Both the position numbers and the translations under genes were made by a program. A stretch of DNA of 58,771 nt from Chryseobacterium gleum (GTDB lineage Bacteria; Bacteroidota; Bacteroidia; Flavobacteriales_D; Crocinitomicaceae): assembly GCA_943326825.2 (NCBI GenBank), contig CALPUT020000001.1, positions 1-58,771 of the forward strand. Reading direction: 5' to 3'. The stretch's first letter is position 1, and each line of letters starts with the position of its first letter. Under the pieces are notes generated by a model that was not told where the DNA came from, did no database searches, and saw nothing but the letters and a program-made list of their open reading frames with translations. Below, in pieces: positions 10,811 to 19,566 of the stretch.

Positions 10811-10865
10811 AAGCTAATTGAAATATCATAAAATAAAAATCAATTAGCTTCTATGAAAATTTAAA

Positions 10866-11687
10866 TCAAGGGAATTTTGGGAATTGTTGAAAGTTTGGTT
10901 GTCTTTTCTCTAAGAATGCATGTTTACCTTCTTGAGCTTCTTGAGTTAAATAATACATCAAAGTTGCATCACCTGCTAATTCCATAATGCCATGTTGACC
11001 ATCTAATTCAGCATTTAAACCCCTTTTAATCATTCTAATAGCTAATGGACTTCTTAACATAATAGTTCGACACCATTCTACAGTCGTATCTTCTAATTGA
11101 TCAAAAGGGACAACTTTATTTACCATCCCCATTTTTTCAGCTTCAATAGCACTATATTGATTACATGTAAACCAAATTTCTCTCGCTTTTTTCTGACCTA
11201 CACATCTTGCTAAATAAGAAGAACCAAATCCTCCGTCAAAACTTCCTACTTTTGGACCTGTTTGACCAAAAATAGCATTTTCAGAAGCGATACTTATATC
11301 ACATACTACGTGCAACACATGTCCACCTCCAATTGCATAACCATTAACCATTGCAATAACAGGTTTTGGCATTGAACGGATAGCTTTATGTAAGTCTAGT
11401 ACATTTAACCTTGGAACTCCATTTTCAGAAATGTAGCCACCAATACCTTTTACATTCTGATCTCCACCTGAACAAAAAGCTTTATCTCCTGCTCCTGTTA
11501 AAACAATAACACTTATATCATTGCGTTCACGACATATATTCATCGCGTCTAACATGTCCATATTTGTTTCCGGTCTGAAAGCGTTATATACTCTTGGTCG
11601 ATTAATAGTAATTTTAGCAATACCTTCAAAGAAATCAAATTTAATATCTGAATATTCTTTTATAGTTGTCCAATTATAATTTGACAT
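10866..11687 (-). CDS. menB: 1,4-dihydroxy-2-naphthoyl-CoA synthase
   Basis: Crotonase fold with FCSGGDQ and [11 protein letters not shown], 273 aa with a MenB-type C-terminus. Confidence 0.9.
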   Translation of the reverse strand: MSNYNWTTIKEYSDIKFDFFEGIAKITINRPRVYNAFRPETNMDMLDAMNICRERNDISVIVLTGAGDKAFCSGGDQNVKGIGGYISENGVPRLNVLDLHKAIRSMPKPVIAMVNGYAIGGGHVLHVVCDISIASENAIFGQTGPKVGSFDGGFGSSYLARCVGQKKAREIWFTCNQYSAIEAEKMGMVNKVVPFDQLEDTTVEWCRTIMLRSPLAIRMIKRGLNAELDGQHGIMELAGDATLMYYLTQEAQEGKHAFLEKRQPNFQQFPKFP

Positions 11688-11749
11688 TGTTTTTTCTATT
11701 TTTTGTAAAATTAATAAATTCTGTAATTAAAACTATGTATTTGAATTGA

Positions 11750-12580
11750 TCAAGTTTTTTTAAAAATTATCAATGACCTCAAAAAATCTTTGATGAAAAT
11801 AACCAATTTAAACCGATGTACTTTTTCCTTCGTTTCTATTGTTCTTTTAATTTCTGTAAATGCTTTTTCAGCTGAACATATTTCAATAGGAATATTTAGA
11901 TAGCTATAATTTGTAAATATTTCTTTTAATTGGAAATTTGAATTTAATTTTTCGAAATCATTTACAATACCCCATTTTTTTTTGAAAAATAATATTTCTT
12001 TAATTGATTTATTATTTTGATTATCAATATTGAAATATGTTATTTTTTCAAACGTTCTATAATTAACAACTAAGTGTTCTTCTACATAATGAACGAATGT
12101 AAATGAATTTTCAATATGAACATCTATGAAAATGAATTTTGCATTCTGTTGATGTAAAAATGAATAAATAGAATTTTCCCCAAAAGTACTATTGTCTTTC
12201 AAAGCTAAAATTTGATCAGTATTCTTTCCCCATGCCAATACAGAGTGTAAAGGGTCATTTGATCTTGTAAAGTCTTTGCGTTTGAAAACTTTATTTGAAA
12301 TTGAACCTGTCGTAGGTTTATCCTTTAAATAATTAAATGTTCCTAGATTTTTTAGATTATCTGTATATGCAGGAATAACAATTGTTCCATTTTTAAGTAT
12401 AAGCTTGAAATTATCTATAAACTGATCTATCTGAACAATTTTATTGTTGCTTTTTAAAGCATATGCTATATTTTTTAGATCGGCAGAAATGAAAACAGTA
12501 TCATTTTCATTAATATTTAGATGAAATGGTAAATCTTCAAAAGAAATATCTGATGGAATTTTTTTCACTGTCTCTTTCAT
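11750..12580 (-). CDS. AAC(3)-family (aminoglycoside 3-N-acetyltransferase-like) protein
   Basis: By-eye alignment to the AAC(3) pattern: DTVFISADL, NGTIVIPAYT, TRSNDPLHSVLAWG, FTFVHYVEE. Confidence 0.55.
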   Translation of the reverse strand: MKETVKKIPSDISFEDLPFHLNINENDTVFISADLKNIAYALKSNNKIVQIDQFIDNFKLILKNGTIVIPAYTDNLKNLGTFNYLKDKPTTGSISNKVFKRKDFTRSNDPLHSVLAWGKNTDQILALKDNSTFGENSIYSFLHQQNAKFIFIDVHIENSFTFVHYVEEHLVVNYRTFEKITYFNIDNQNNKSIKEILFFKKKWGIVNDFEKLNSNFQLKEIFTNYSYLNIPIEICSAEKAFTEIKRTIETKEKVHRFKLVIFIKDFLRSLIIFKKT

Positions 12581-12591
12581 TAAAAAATAAA

Positions 12592-13377
12592 CTACTGTGA
12601 AACAAATGAATAATAAATTTTTCCACTTTGACTTTCTGATGCTGATCCTGAATAATCAAATCTAGACATTTTAGCATATTTTAAACCTTGTTCAATCATA
12701 CATTCATTTGTATTTTTACTGGATGATGGATCAAATTCAGCTGCTATAACATTACCGTTTTTATTGACTTTAATTCTTATAACTACAGTTCCGTTTGCAC
12801 CAATACCACAAGTATAACCTGGGTTTCTGACATACCATGAATTATTTTGATGAGGAAATCTACCTGATAAATCGTAGCTAACTAATGTTTGCCCATCATA
12901 TTTATTATTGCTTGAATTTGAGCTGCTATTTGGGTTTTGTGAAGTGTTTTTTTTTGCTGGTTTTTCAGATTGTAAATTTTTAGTTCTTTCTTCTATTAAT
13001 TTTCTAACTTCTGTGTTGTACTGACTAGTTTTAGCTTCCTCTTGAAATTGTCTCTGAGCATCAAGCGCAGCTTTTTCACCATCAAAAGACTCTTTTGAAT
13101 GAGGAGAACTCCAATCATCATTTGAAGATTTTCTTCTATCATTGATGTCAGTAACTGTGTTTTTAATATTTTGAGGGTTTGTTATTGATTGAATATCAAT
13201 ATTTTCTGAAGGTATTTCTAATAAATCTTCAGGTTTTGCCATTGAGATTTCCTCATTATAAGCATTTAATTCAGATTCTTTTGAAATTGATTCAACTTGT
13301 AAAAAAATAAAAATACCAATGTAGACAGCAACAGCCACTGTTATTGCAAATAATATTCGGTCAGAAAAACTATTCAT
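12592..13377 (-). CDS. Membrane-anchored protein with a TonB C-terminal-like domain
   Basis: One N-terminal TM helix, a low-complexity linker, and a C-terminal block (GTVVIRIKVNKNGNVIAAEF...GKIYYSF) resembling TonB_C. Confidence 0.5.
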   Translation of the reverse strand: MNSFSDRILFAITVAVAVYIGIFIFLQVESISKESELNAYNEEISMAKPEDLLEIPSENIDIQSITNPQNIKNTVTDINDRRKSSNDDWSSPHSKESFDGEKAALDAQRQFQEEAKTSQYNTEVRKLIEERTKNLQSEKPAKKNTSQNPNSSSNSSNNKYDGQTLVSYDLSGRFPHQNNSWYVRNPGYTCGIGANGTVVIRIKVNKNGNVIAAEFDPSSSKNTNECMIEQGLKYAKMSRFDYSGSASESQSGKIYYSFVSQ

Positions 13378-15490
13378 TTATTATTTTTGGGACTATTATT
13401 TTATTTTCAGGTAAGTATAGATAATTTACTTCTCCTGCTTTTGTTAAAAGTAATAATTCTTTGTTTAAAATTCTAATTTGTTGATACTCGACAGGAACAA
13501 TTTCTTCACCTGTAACCTTATATACTCCATAATTGGGTCCTCTAGATACAATTACTCGATCATTATCTAAAGGTTTTACTTCTGTGAAATTTAATGGGAC
13601 AGTTATAGTTGATTTTGAATCGATTAAACCAAAAAGGGTCATTTTCTCAACTATTGCATACCCATTTTTAAAACTTTCAGCTGACTCAAATTGTGGTTGA
13701 ATAAGAATGTTATTTGACATATCAATAAATCCCCAATTTTTTCCTTTGGTAAATGACATCAAAGGTGAAAATGAACCCAGTTGGTTATAGGATGCAGGGA
13801 TAATAAATTTACCGAATTGTTCTATAACACCAAATTTACCATTTAGTTTAACAACAGCGTAAGAGCCTTTGAATTGACTTAGTTCTATGGCGTTTGGATA
13901 ATCATCAAATTTAAAATCTAAAATTAATTGACCTTTTCCGTCTATATATCCAATTTTACCATTTTTTATAACGATTGCTCGATCATTAATTAACTTACCT
14001 ATTTTGTCAAATTTAGCGGAATCAATAATCTGACAATTTCTTTTCATTAAACCGAACTTTTCATTTTCTTCAAAAACTAATAAAGTATCATTAAAAAAGT
14101 GAATATTTGTATATGCTGGTGGCACAATAAAACTTCCATACTTATCTATATAACCTTGGTTTTCTCCAATTTGTACTTTTGCAATTCCTTTAGAAAAAGC
14201 AAAAGCTTCACTATACTTAGGTTCAATTCTTTGTGTTCCTATTTTATCATAATAACCATAAAGACTATCTTTCTGAGCATATATTAATCCTTCAGAAAAA
14301 GTACCTATATCATTGAAAACTAAATCAAAAATTACTTGTCCTGATCTATCGATTATCCCAACTTTATTATCTTTTTCTATAATTGCACGTCCTTCCTCGA
14401 AATCACTTGCTGAATCATAATTGAAAGGTATAATTATATTATTTCCTTTATCAATGTATCCATATTTTCCATTTTTCACAGCATAAGCTAAGCCTTCTTG
14501 GAAAAATCCTAAAGTTTCGTATTCTGGTTTTATAAGTGCATTTCCATCATAATCAATAAAACCATACAATGAGTTTTGTTTAAATGGAACTAGTTTTAGT
14601 TTAGATAATTTTAAGTCAATTTCTAAATTTTCTTTGTAAGGATAATCAGGATAATCTTTTTCAAATTGAAGTATTCGTCCATCTGAATAATCGTACATGT
14701 AAATTTGATATAATTTTTTCCATGCATTTCCTAAATTACGATTAGTCGTATATGTTTTTATAAATGCATTGTAGTCTGCAATTGTATTTCCAGAAGTAGA
14801 AATCTCGAAAACACGATCTTCAGCTTCTTTAATAAATGGATTTTCAGGATTAGATTTTGAGAATGATAAATAGCTAGCAAGCGTACCTGAATTTGTTTGT
14901 TCACGATATTGAGATTGAAAAAATGATTTTTGAGCAATATTATAAAATTCACTTGAAGGGTACTTATCTAAAAATTCTTTATAAACAGATGAATTGTTTA
15001 TTGTTTTTGCATTGGATAAGGCAATAGAATCTCTTTTGTATATTGCAAAAAAACGTTCGTTCGACCATTCATGTTGTTCGATGAATTTAGTATATTCAGT
15101 CAAGGAATTTTGTTTTAATACAATTTCATAACATGCTTTACTAATATTAGCTCTTAAATCAATAATATTCAGATAATCAAAATTGTATTTTTTTAATTTT
15201 TCTTTATTCTGCTCTTTCATTAAAGAATAATTAGCCTCTGACAAGCGTATGTATTTATATGCAGAGTCTAAAGAATGAAATGGATTGTCAGTTCTGTAAA
15301 ATATAGTTGCTAAGCCATATGAAGCAGGTGAATTTTGTTTTTTTAGATGAGAATAGAAAATTTCTTTTGCTTCAAAATAATTGAATGAATTTAAGGCTTT
15401 AAATCCATTTTCAATTTTGGATGCATAACTATTAGTTATACACGAAAATAACATTGATAAAATAACAATATATATTGATTTTGATATCAT
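13370..15490 (-). CDS. WG-repeat (KWG-like) protein with signal peptide
   Basis: At least 8 repeats of the type G.YGYIDK.G..IIP..Y... The 8-nt overlap with the downstream gene suggests co-translation. Confidence 0.7.
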   Translation of the reverse strand: MISKSIYIVILSMLFSCITNSYASKIENGFKALNSFNYFEAKEIFYSHLKKQNSPASYGLATIFYRTDNPFHSLDSAYKYIRLSEANYSLMKEQNKEKLKKYNFDYLNIIDLRANISKACYEIVLKQNSLTEYTKFIEQHEWSNERFFAIYKRDSIALSNAKTINNSSVYKEFLDKYPSSEFYNIAQKSFFQSQYREQTNSGTLASYLSFSKSNPENPFIKEAEDRVFEISTSGNTIADYNAFIKTYTTNRNLGNAWKKLYQIYMYDYSDGRILQFEKDYPDYPYKENLEIDLKLSKLKLVPFKQNSLYGFIDYDGNALIKPEYETLGFFQEGLAYAVKNGKYGYIDKGNNIIIPFNYDSASDFEEGRAIIEKDNKVGIIDRSGQVIFDLVFNDIGTFSEGLIYAQKDSLYGYYDKIGTQRIEPKYSEAFAFSKGIAKVQIGENQGYIDKYGSFIVPPAYTNIHFFNDTLLVFEENEKFGLMKRNCQIIDSAKFDKIGKLINDRAIVIKNGKIGYIDGKGQLILDFKFDDYPNAIELSQFKGSYAVVKLNGKFGVIEQFGKFIIPASYNQLGSFSPLMSFTKGKNWGFIDMSNNILIQPQFESAESFKNGYAIVEKMTLFGLIDSKSTITVPLNFTEVKPLDNDRVIVSRGPNYGVYKVTGEEIVPVEYQQIRILNKELLLLTKAGEVNYLYLPENKIIVPKIINE

Positions 15491-15578
15491 TCGCTTATCT
15501 GTAAAGTATTATAATAATTGAAACGAAAATTGATGTGATTTAGTTACATAATTCTACATTGAAGAATTAAATTGTAAA

Positions 15579-15605
15579 ATAAAAAAAGCCCCCAAATTGG
15601 AGGCT
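15579..15605 (-). terminator. Terminator of rpmE
   Basis: Minus-strand AGCCTCC-AATTT-GGGGGCT followed by TTTTTTT. Confidence 0.7.
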
Positions 15606-15627
15606 AATATTTTTAATCACATTAAAA

Positions 15628-15885
15628 TTATTTTTTGATGTGACGTGCGTAACGATTTTGAAATTTATCAATTCTACCTGCAGTATCTACGAATTGAACA
15701 ATACCTGTGAAGAATGGATGAGATTTATGAGAAATATCTAATTTCACTAATGGATATTCATTTCCATCTTCCCATGCAATTTTATCACTTGTTGTAGCAC
15801 AAGAAGGACAAATAAATGCATAGTCATTAGACATATCTTTAAATACAACTAATCTGTAATCTTCTGGGTGTATTCCTGCTTTCAT
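15628..15885 (-). CDS. rpmE: 50S ribosomal protein L31 (type B-like)
   Basis: MKAGIHPE...HPFFTG...DTAGRIDKF. Only one CxxC pair is present. Confidence 0.9.
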   Translation of the reverse strand: MKAGIHPEDYRLVVFKDMSNDYAFICPSCATTSDKIAWEDGNEYPLVKLDISHKSHPFFTGIVQFVDTAGRIDKFQNRYARHIKK

Positions 15886-15932
15886 TTTAAATATTTTAAT
15901 TTTACTGTGTTCGTTCTTTTAAAATCGGAATG

Positions 15933-15940
15933 CAAATTTA
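15933..15940 (-). promoter_or_regulatory. -7 box (TAAATTTG) for rpmE
   Basis: Matches TAnnTTTG on the minus strand, about 47 nt upstream of the ATG. Confidence 0.4.
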
Positions 15941-16004
15941 TAATAAAGATTTTAATTTACATCATTTTTTTCATGAAATTAAAATAAACTTTCATCAAAT
16001 TCGT

Positions 16005-16012
16005 TATTTTTG
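16005..16012 (+). promoter_or_regulatory. -7 box (TATTTTTG) only 7 nt before the ATG of the beta-helix lipoprotein gene
   Basis: Matches TAnnTTTG. Implies a leaderless or nearly leaderless mRNA. Confidence 0.4.
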
Positions 16013-16019
16013 TTGAAAT

Positions 16020-17447
16020 ATGACTTTTAAAAACGTGAAAAAGCAGCTTTTTTTATATCTTATTCTTTTAATTGGAATTTTTGGGACAAACGTTTCCTGT
16101 AAAAAGATGAAAGGTTTTTCAAATGATAATTTAAATTTTTCACTTGACACAGTTGTTTTTGATACAGTTTTTACCACAATTGGTTCTGCCACAAAACAGT
16201 TTAAAATTTATAATCCATCTAATAAAACTGTCAAAATTGAAAATATTGAATTAATGGGGGGAGAGAATTCACCTTTTAAAATAAATATCGATGGATTGAC
16301 AGGTACTTCTATGTCAGATATAGCACTTGAAGCTAAAGATAGTTTATTTGCATTCGTGATGGTAACTTTGAAAGTGAATAATTCTTCAAATCCAATGGTG
16401 ATTGAAGATTCAATTCGTTTCAGAACAAATGGGAAAGATCAATATATTCAACTTGCTGTTTGGGGACAAGATATGTATTATCACTATACAAGTTTTGATA
16501 AAGGTATCTATGATTTTAATAATGATGTAACATGGCCAAATGATAAACCACATTTAGTTTATGGTGCAGCAATAGTTGATTCTGCCAAATCATTAACTAT
16601 TCAGCAAGACACTAAAGTTTATTTACATAAGAATGCATATTTATTTGTTTATAAAGGTAAGTTGGATATTCAAGGGACAAAAGATCACGAAGTAGAATTT
16701 AGAGGAGATCGTTTAGAAAGTGAGTTTAATGACTTGCAAGGCCAGTATTATGGAATATATTTTCATGAAGCTCAAACATCAAACATCAATTATACAAACA
16801 TTTATAATGGTACAGCTGGAATTCATCTTTTTTCACAAGATAGTTCAAATCCAGGTTATACTTTGACCATTTCAAATTCCAAAATTTACAATCATTCTTC
16901 TTATGGCATTTGGATTTATGCTGGTGCAAAAGTAAAAGCAGAAAACTGTCTAATAGCAAAGAATGGAGTTCATGCACTCTTTGTATTAGGAGGTAGTAAA
17001 TTCAATTTTAATTATTGTGAAATTGTTGGGTATGGAACGCAAGCAAATTCAACTCCGGCTTTAGCAATCAGAAATTATTATGATGAGAATAACACAACGA
17101 TTGTTCGTGTCCTTCAAGAAGGTATTTTGAGCAACTGTGTAATGTATGGAAATCAATCTTCTGAAATCGCATTTGACACTTTGAATCCAAACAATGACCC
17201 ATCATTAATTTCTCTAGACTTTAAAAATTGCTTAATTAAAAGAAGTTCAATCGGAATAGATAATTTTTATAACTCAGGGATGATTTGGAATCAAGAACCT
17301 CTTTTTGTTGACAATTCCGTAATGAATTTTCATTTTTATTCAAGTTCACCATTAAATAATTCAGGGATAGCTAATTCTGTTATTTCTGATTTAGATGGTA
17401 ATAATCGTTCAATTTCAACTCCAGATATTGGTTGTTATGAAAATTAA
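16020..17447 (+). CDS. Lipoprotein with an N-terminal Ig-like region and parallel beta-helix-like repeats
   Basis: Lipobox-like TNVSC. Repeated I.N..I.N....GI segments (NIYNGTAGIHLF, KIYNHSSYGIWIY, LIAKNGVHALFV). Confidence 0.45.
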   Translation: MTFKNVKKQLFLYLILLIGIFGTNVSCKKMKGFSNDNLNFSLDTVVFDTVFTTIGSATKQFKIYNPSNKTVKIENIELMGGENSPFKINIDGLTGTSMSDIALEAKDSLFAFVMVTLKVNNSSNPMVIEDSIRFRTNGKDQYIQLAVWGQDMYYHYTSFDKGIYDFNNDVTWPNDKPHLVYGAAIVDSAKSLTIQQDTKVYLHKNAYLFVYKGKLDIQGTKDHEVEFRGDRLESEFNDLQGQYYGIYFHEAQTSNINYTNIYNGTAGIHLFSQDSSNPGYTLTISNSKIYNHSSYGIWIYAGAKVKAENCLIAKNGVHALFVLGGSKFNFNYCEIVGYGTQANSTPALAIRNYYDENNTTIVRVLQEGILSNCVMYGNQSSEIAFDTLNPNNDPSLISLDFKNCLIKRSSIGIDNFYNSGMIWNQEPLFVDNSVMNFHFYSSSPLNNSGIANSVISDLDGNNRSISTPDIGCYEN

Positions 17448-17464
17448 TAATTCAATTAATTAAA

Positions 17465-17998
17465 ATGAAGGATATTAAAACTCAGGTAAAAGTAATTTGG
17501 TTTACGGGCCTATCAGGTGCTGGTAAAACAACACTTGCAAATGAATTTCAAAAATATCTTAACTCAAAAGGTTTTAATTCTCGAATACTTGATGGAGATG
17601 AATTAAGAAAAGGGTTGAATGATGGTTTGGGTTTTTCAGATAATGATCGTTCAGAAAACATTAGAAGAGCTGCTGAAGTAGCTAAATTGTTTATAGATTC
17701 TAATTTTATAGTTCTTTGTTCATTTATTACTCCCAAAAACAAAATGAGAGCATTAGCTAAAACTATTATTGGCGAAGATAATTATATTGAAGTATTCGTT
17801 GATTGTAGTCTAGAAGAATGTGAAAAACGTGACATAAAAGGATTGTACAAAAAAGTTAGGGAGGCAAAAATTTCTGATTTTACAGGTATAAGTTCTGATT
17901 TTGAAATCCCTAATTCTCCAGATATTATTTTAAACACAGAAAAAAATAATATCGAATTTTGTTTGAATCAATTAATAAGTAAAGTAAGACTTAGTTGA
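17465..17998 (+). CDS. cysC: Adenylyl-sulfate (APS) kinase
   Basis: WFTGLSGAGKTTLA P-loop, LDGD.LR.GL...LGFS..DR.ENIRR, 177 aa. Confidence 0.9.
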   Translation: MKDIKTQVKVIWFTGLSGAGKTTLANEFQKYLNSKGFNSRILDGDELRKGLNDGLGFSDNDRSENIRRAAEVAKLFIDSNFIVLCSFITPKNKMRALAKTIIGEDNYIEVFVDCSLEECEKRDIKGLYKKVREAKISDFTGISSDFEIPNSPDIILNTEKNNIEFCLNQLISKVRLS

Positions 17999-19049
17999 AA
18001 GTCTGTGAAATAAGTTTTTGATAAACACTCATACAATCGTTCAAAATATTTTCAGCATTCTGATCTAATATAATACTAGATTTTTCGCGTTTATTGAAAA
18101 TTATAGAATTTGAAAATTCATAATCAATATTTACCTTTTTTGTAATTTTATTTAATGTTTCAGTTGGTTTTTGGCAAAGATCATCATAGTTTACAAAAAG
18201 AAAATCTTCTTTAGAATCTTTAGTTAAAACATATGAATAATAATTCAACCAAGAATTTAACCAATAGTGAATCTCTAAATTCGAAAATTTCTCAAGTGTA
18301 TTATTTTTTAAATCAAATGGTTTTTGATTTAATCCAAATTCATAATGTCCAATCCAATTCATGTATTTTAATATAAATGGATTATCTATTTGTAATTTTG
18401 AAAAATGGATGTGTTGTTCAAGTAGGGATTGTGCATGTTCAAGTGGGGATCTAAAAGGTATAATGATTTTACATGAGTCAAATTGTTTTCTTAATGATTC
18501 AATTCTAAGAATAGAATTGTTATTTTTTGATATATATCGTAGAGATTGATTACTGAAATATTTTAAGCAAATTAATTCAGTGAAAATTTGATATTTAGTA
18601 AGAATCTCATCTGAAATATTATTCAACTTTAAAGAATCTTTATCGATATATTCGTTATTTAAAAAAACTTTCCAAAATACTTCATCGATAGCTTCAGGAC
18701 TTTGATTATTAATAAATATCTTGTCTCCGTGCGCTCTTTCTTTTAATTCTGTTTGCATACTAATCCCGGTTAATTTTCGCCATAGGTTAGGGGCCAATAC
18801 AAAAGGCATATCTTGATAGGTAAGCGTTGCGAATTTTTTAGTTTCGTATAGATGATTTAATATTGCGGTAGTTCCGCTCCTAGCTAATCCAGAAATAAAA
18901 ACAGGATTTTTTCCTGCGGATTGTTGAATTTTATTTGAAGAATAAAAAAGAGTCCGATTAATTTCGAAAGATAATTCAGAAATAGTATTAGAACCTAGAC
19001 TAATTGAGTGTAGAAAACGAGATAATCTATTGTATTTTTCTGAAATCAT
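17991..19049 (-). CDS. PAPS-type sulfotransferase family protein
   Basis: 5'-PSB-like motif FISGLARSGTTAI. 352 aa, no signal peptide. Its 3' end overlaps cysC convergently by 8 nt. Confidence 0.65.
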   Translation of the reverse strand: MISEKYNRLSRFLHSISLGSNTISELSFEINRTLFYSSNKIQQSAGKNPVFISGLARSGTTAILNHLYETKKFATLTYQDMPFVLAPNLWRKLTGISMQTELKERAHGDKIFINNQSPEAIDEVFWKVFLNNEYIDKDSLKLNNISDEILTKYQIFTELICLKYFSNQSLRYISKNNNSILRIESLRKQFDSCKIIIPFRSPLEHAQSLLEQHIHFSKLQIDNPFILKYMNWIGHYEFGLNQKPFDLKNNTLEKFSNLEIHYWLNSWLNYYSYVLTKDSKEDFLFVNYDDLCQKPTETLNKITKKVNIDYEFSNSIIFNKREKSSIILDQNAENILNDCMSVYQKLISQTFN

Positions 19050-19407
19050 ATTTGTTTAATATTATTAGAAATACTACAAAAGATATACTACTAATTAGTA
19101 TACCTTTCCATTGAATCAGTATTAAATTGTAATCTGTCTTTTGGAAATAATCGTAGATAAAAATAAGCGCTAAAGGGATAAAAATGAATATGAACTTTAT
19201 AAATAACACGATAGATGATAAGAATAATTGTTTTGAGTTTTTTAATAATATTTTTTGCTTTTCATCATCTGTAATTGAGCCATTTTTTAAAGTTGAATAC
19301 GATTGTTTTTGAATTTTAAAAATCTTTCGAATACTAAAATTGATTTTAAATTTCTTAAATAGCAAGGAAGATATTAAAGTAAGAATTATTAGAATCAAAT
19401 AAATCAT
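19027..19407 (-). CDS. Small membrane protein (about 3 TM helices), unknown function
   Basis: Hydrophobic segments. Overlaps the sulfotransferase start by 23 nt and the upstream micro-ORF through ATGA. Confidence 0.5.
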   Translation of the reverse strand: MIYLILIILTLISSLLFKKFKINFSIRKIFKIQKQSYSTLKNGSITDDEKQKILLKNSKQLFLSSIVLFIKFIFIFIPLALIFIYDYFQKTDYNLILIQWKGILISSISFVVFLIILNKYDFRKIQ

Positions 19408-19565
19408 TCGTTTTTATTTTTTGACTTAAAGTATCGAATTAATTTCTTAATAGGAAACCAGAGAATAGCAATCATTGAAATAACAAATGAAGATAGAATA
19501 CCAATAATTACTGCAGCTGTTCCAGTTCCCATTCCAGGACCAATATATAAAAGCAAATTTTGCAT
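19404..19565 (-). CDS. Unlisted 53-aa single-TM micro-protein (MQNLLLYIGPGMGTGTAAVIIGILSSFVISMIAILWFPIKKLIRYFKSKNKNE)
   Basis: Hand-translated. The ATG lies 1 nt after the upstream gene's TAA, and its TGA overlaps the next ATG (ATGA). It is shorter than every ORF in the supplied track. Confidence 0.5.
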   Translation of the reverse strand: MQNLLLYIGPGMGTGTAAVIIGILSSFVISMIAILWFPIKKLIRYFKSKNKNE

Positions 19566-19566
19566 A

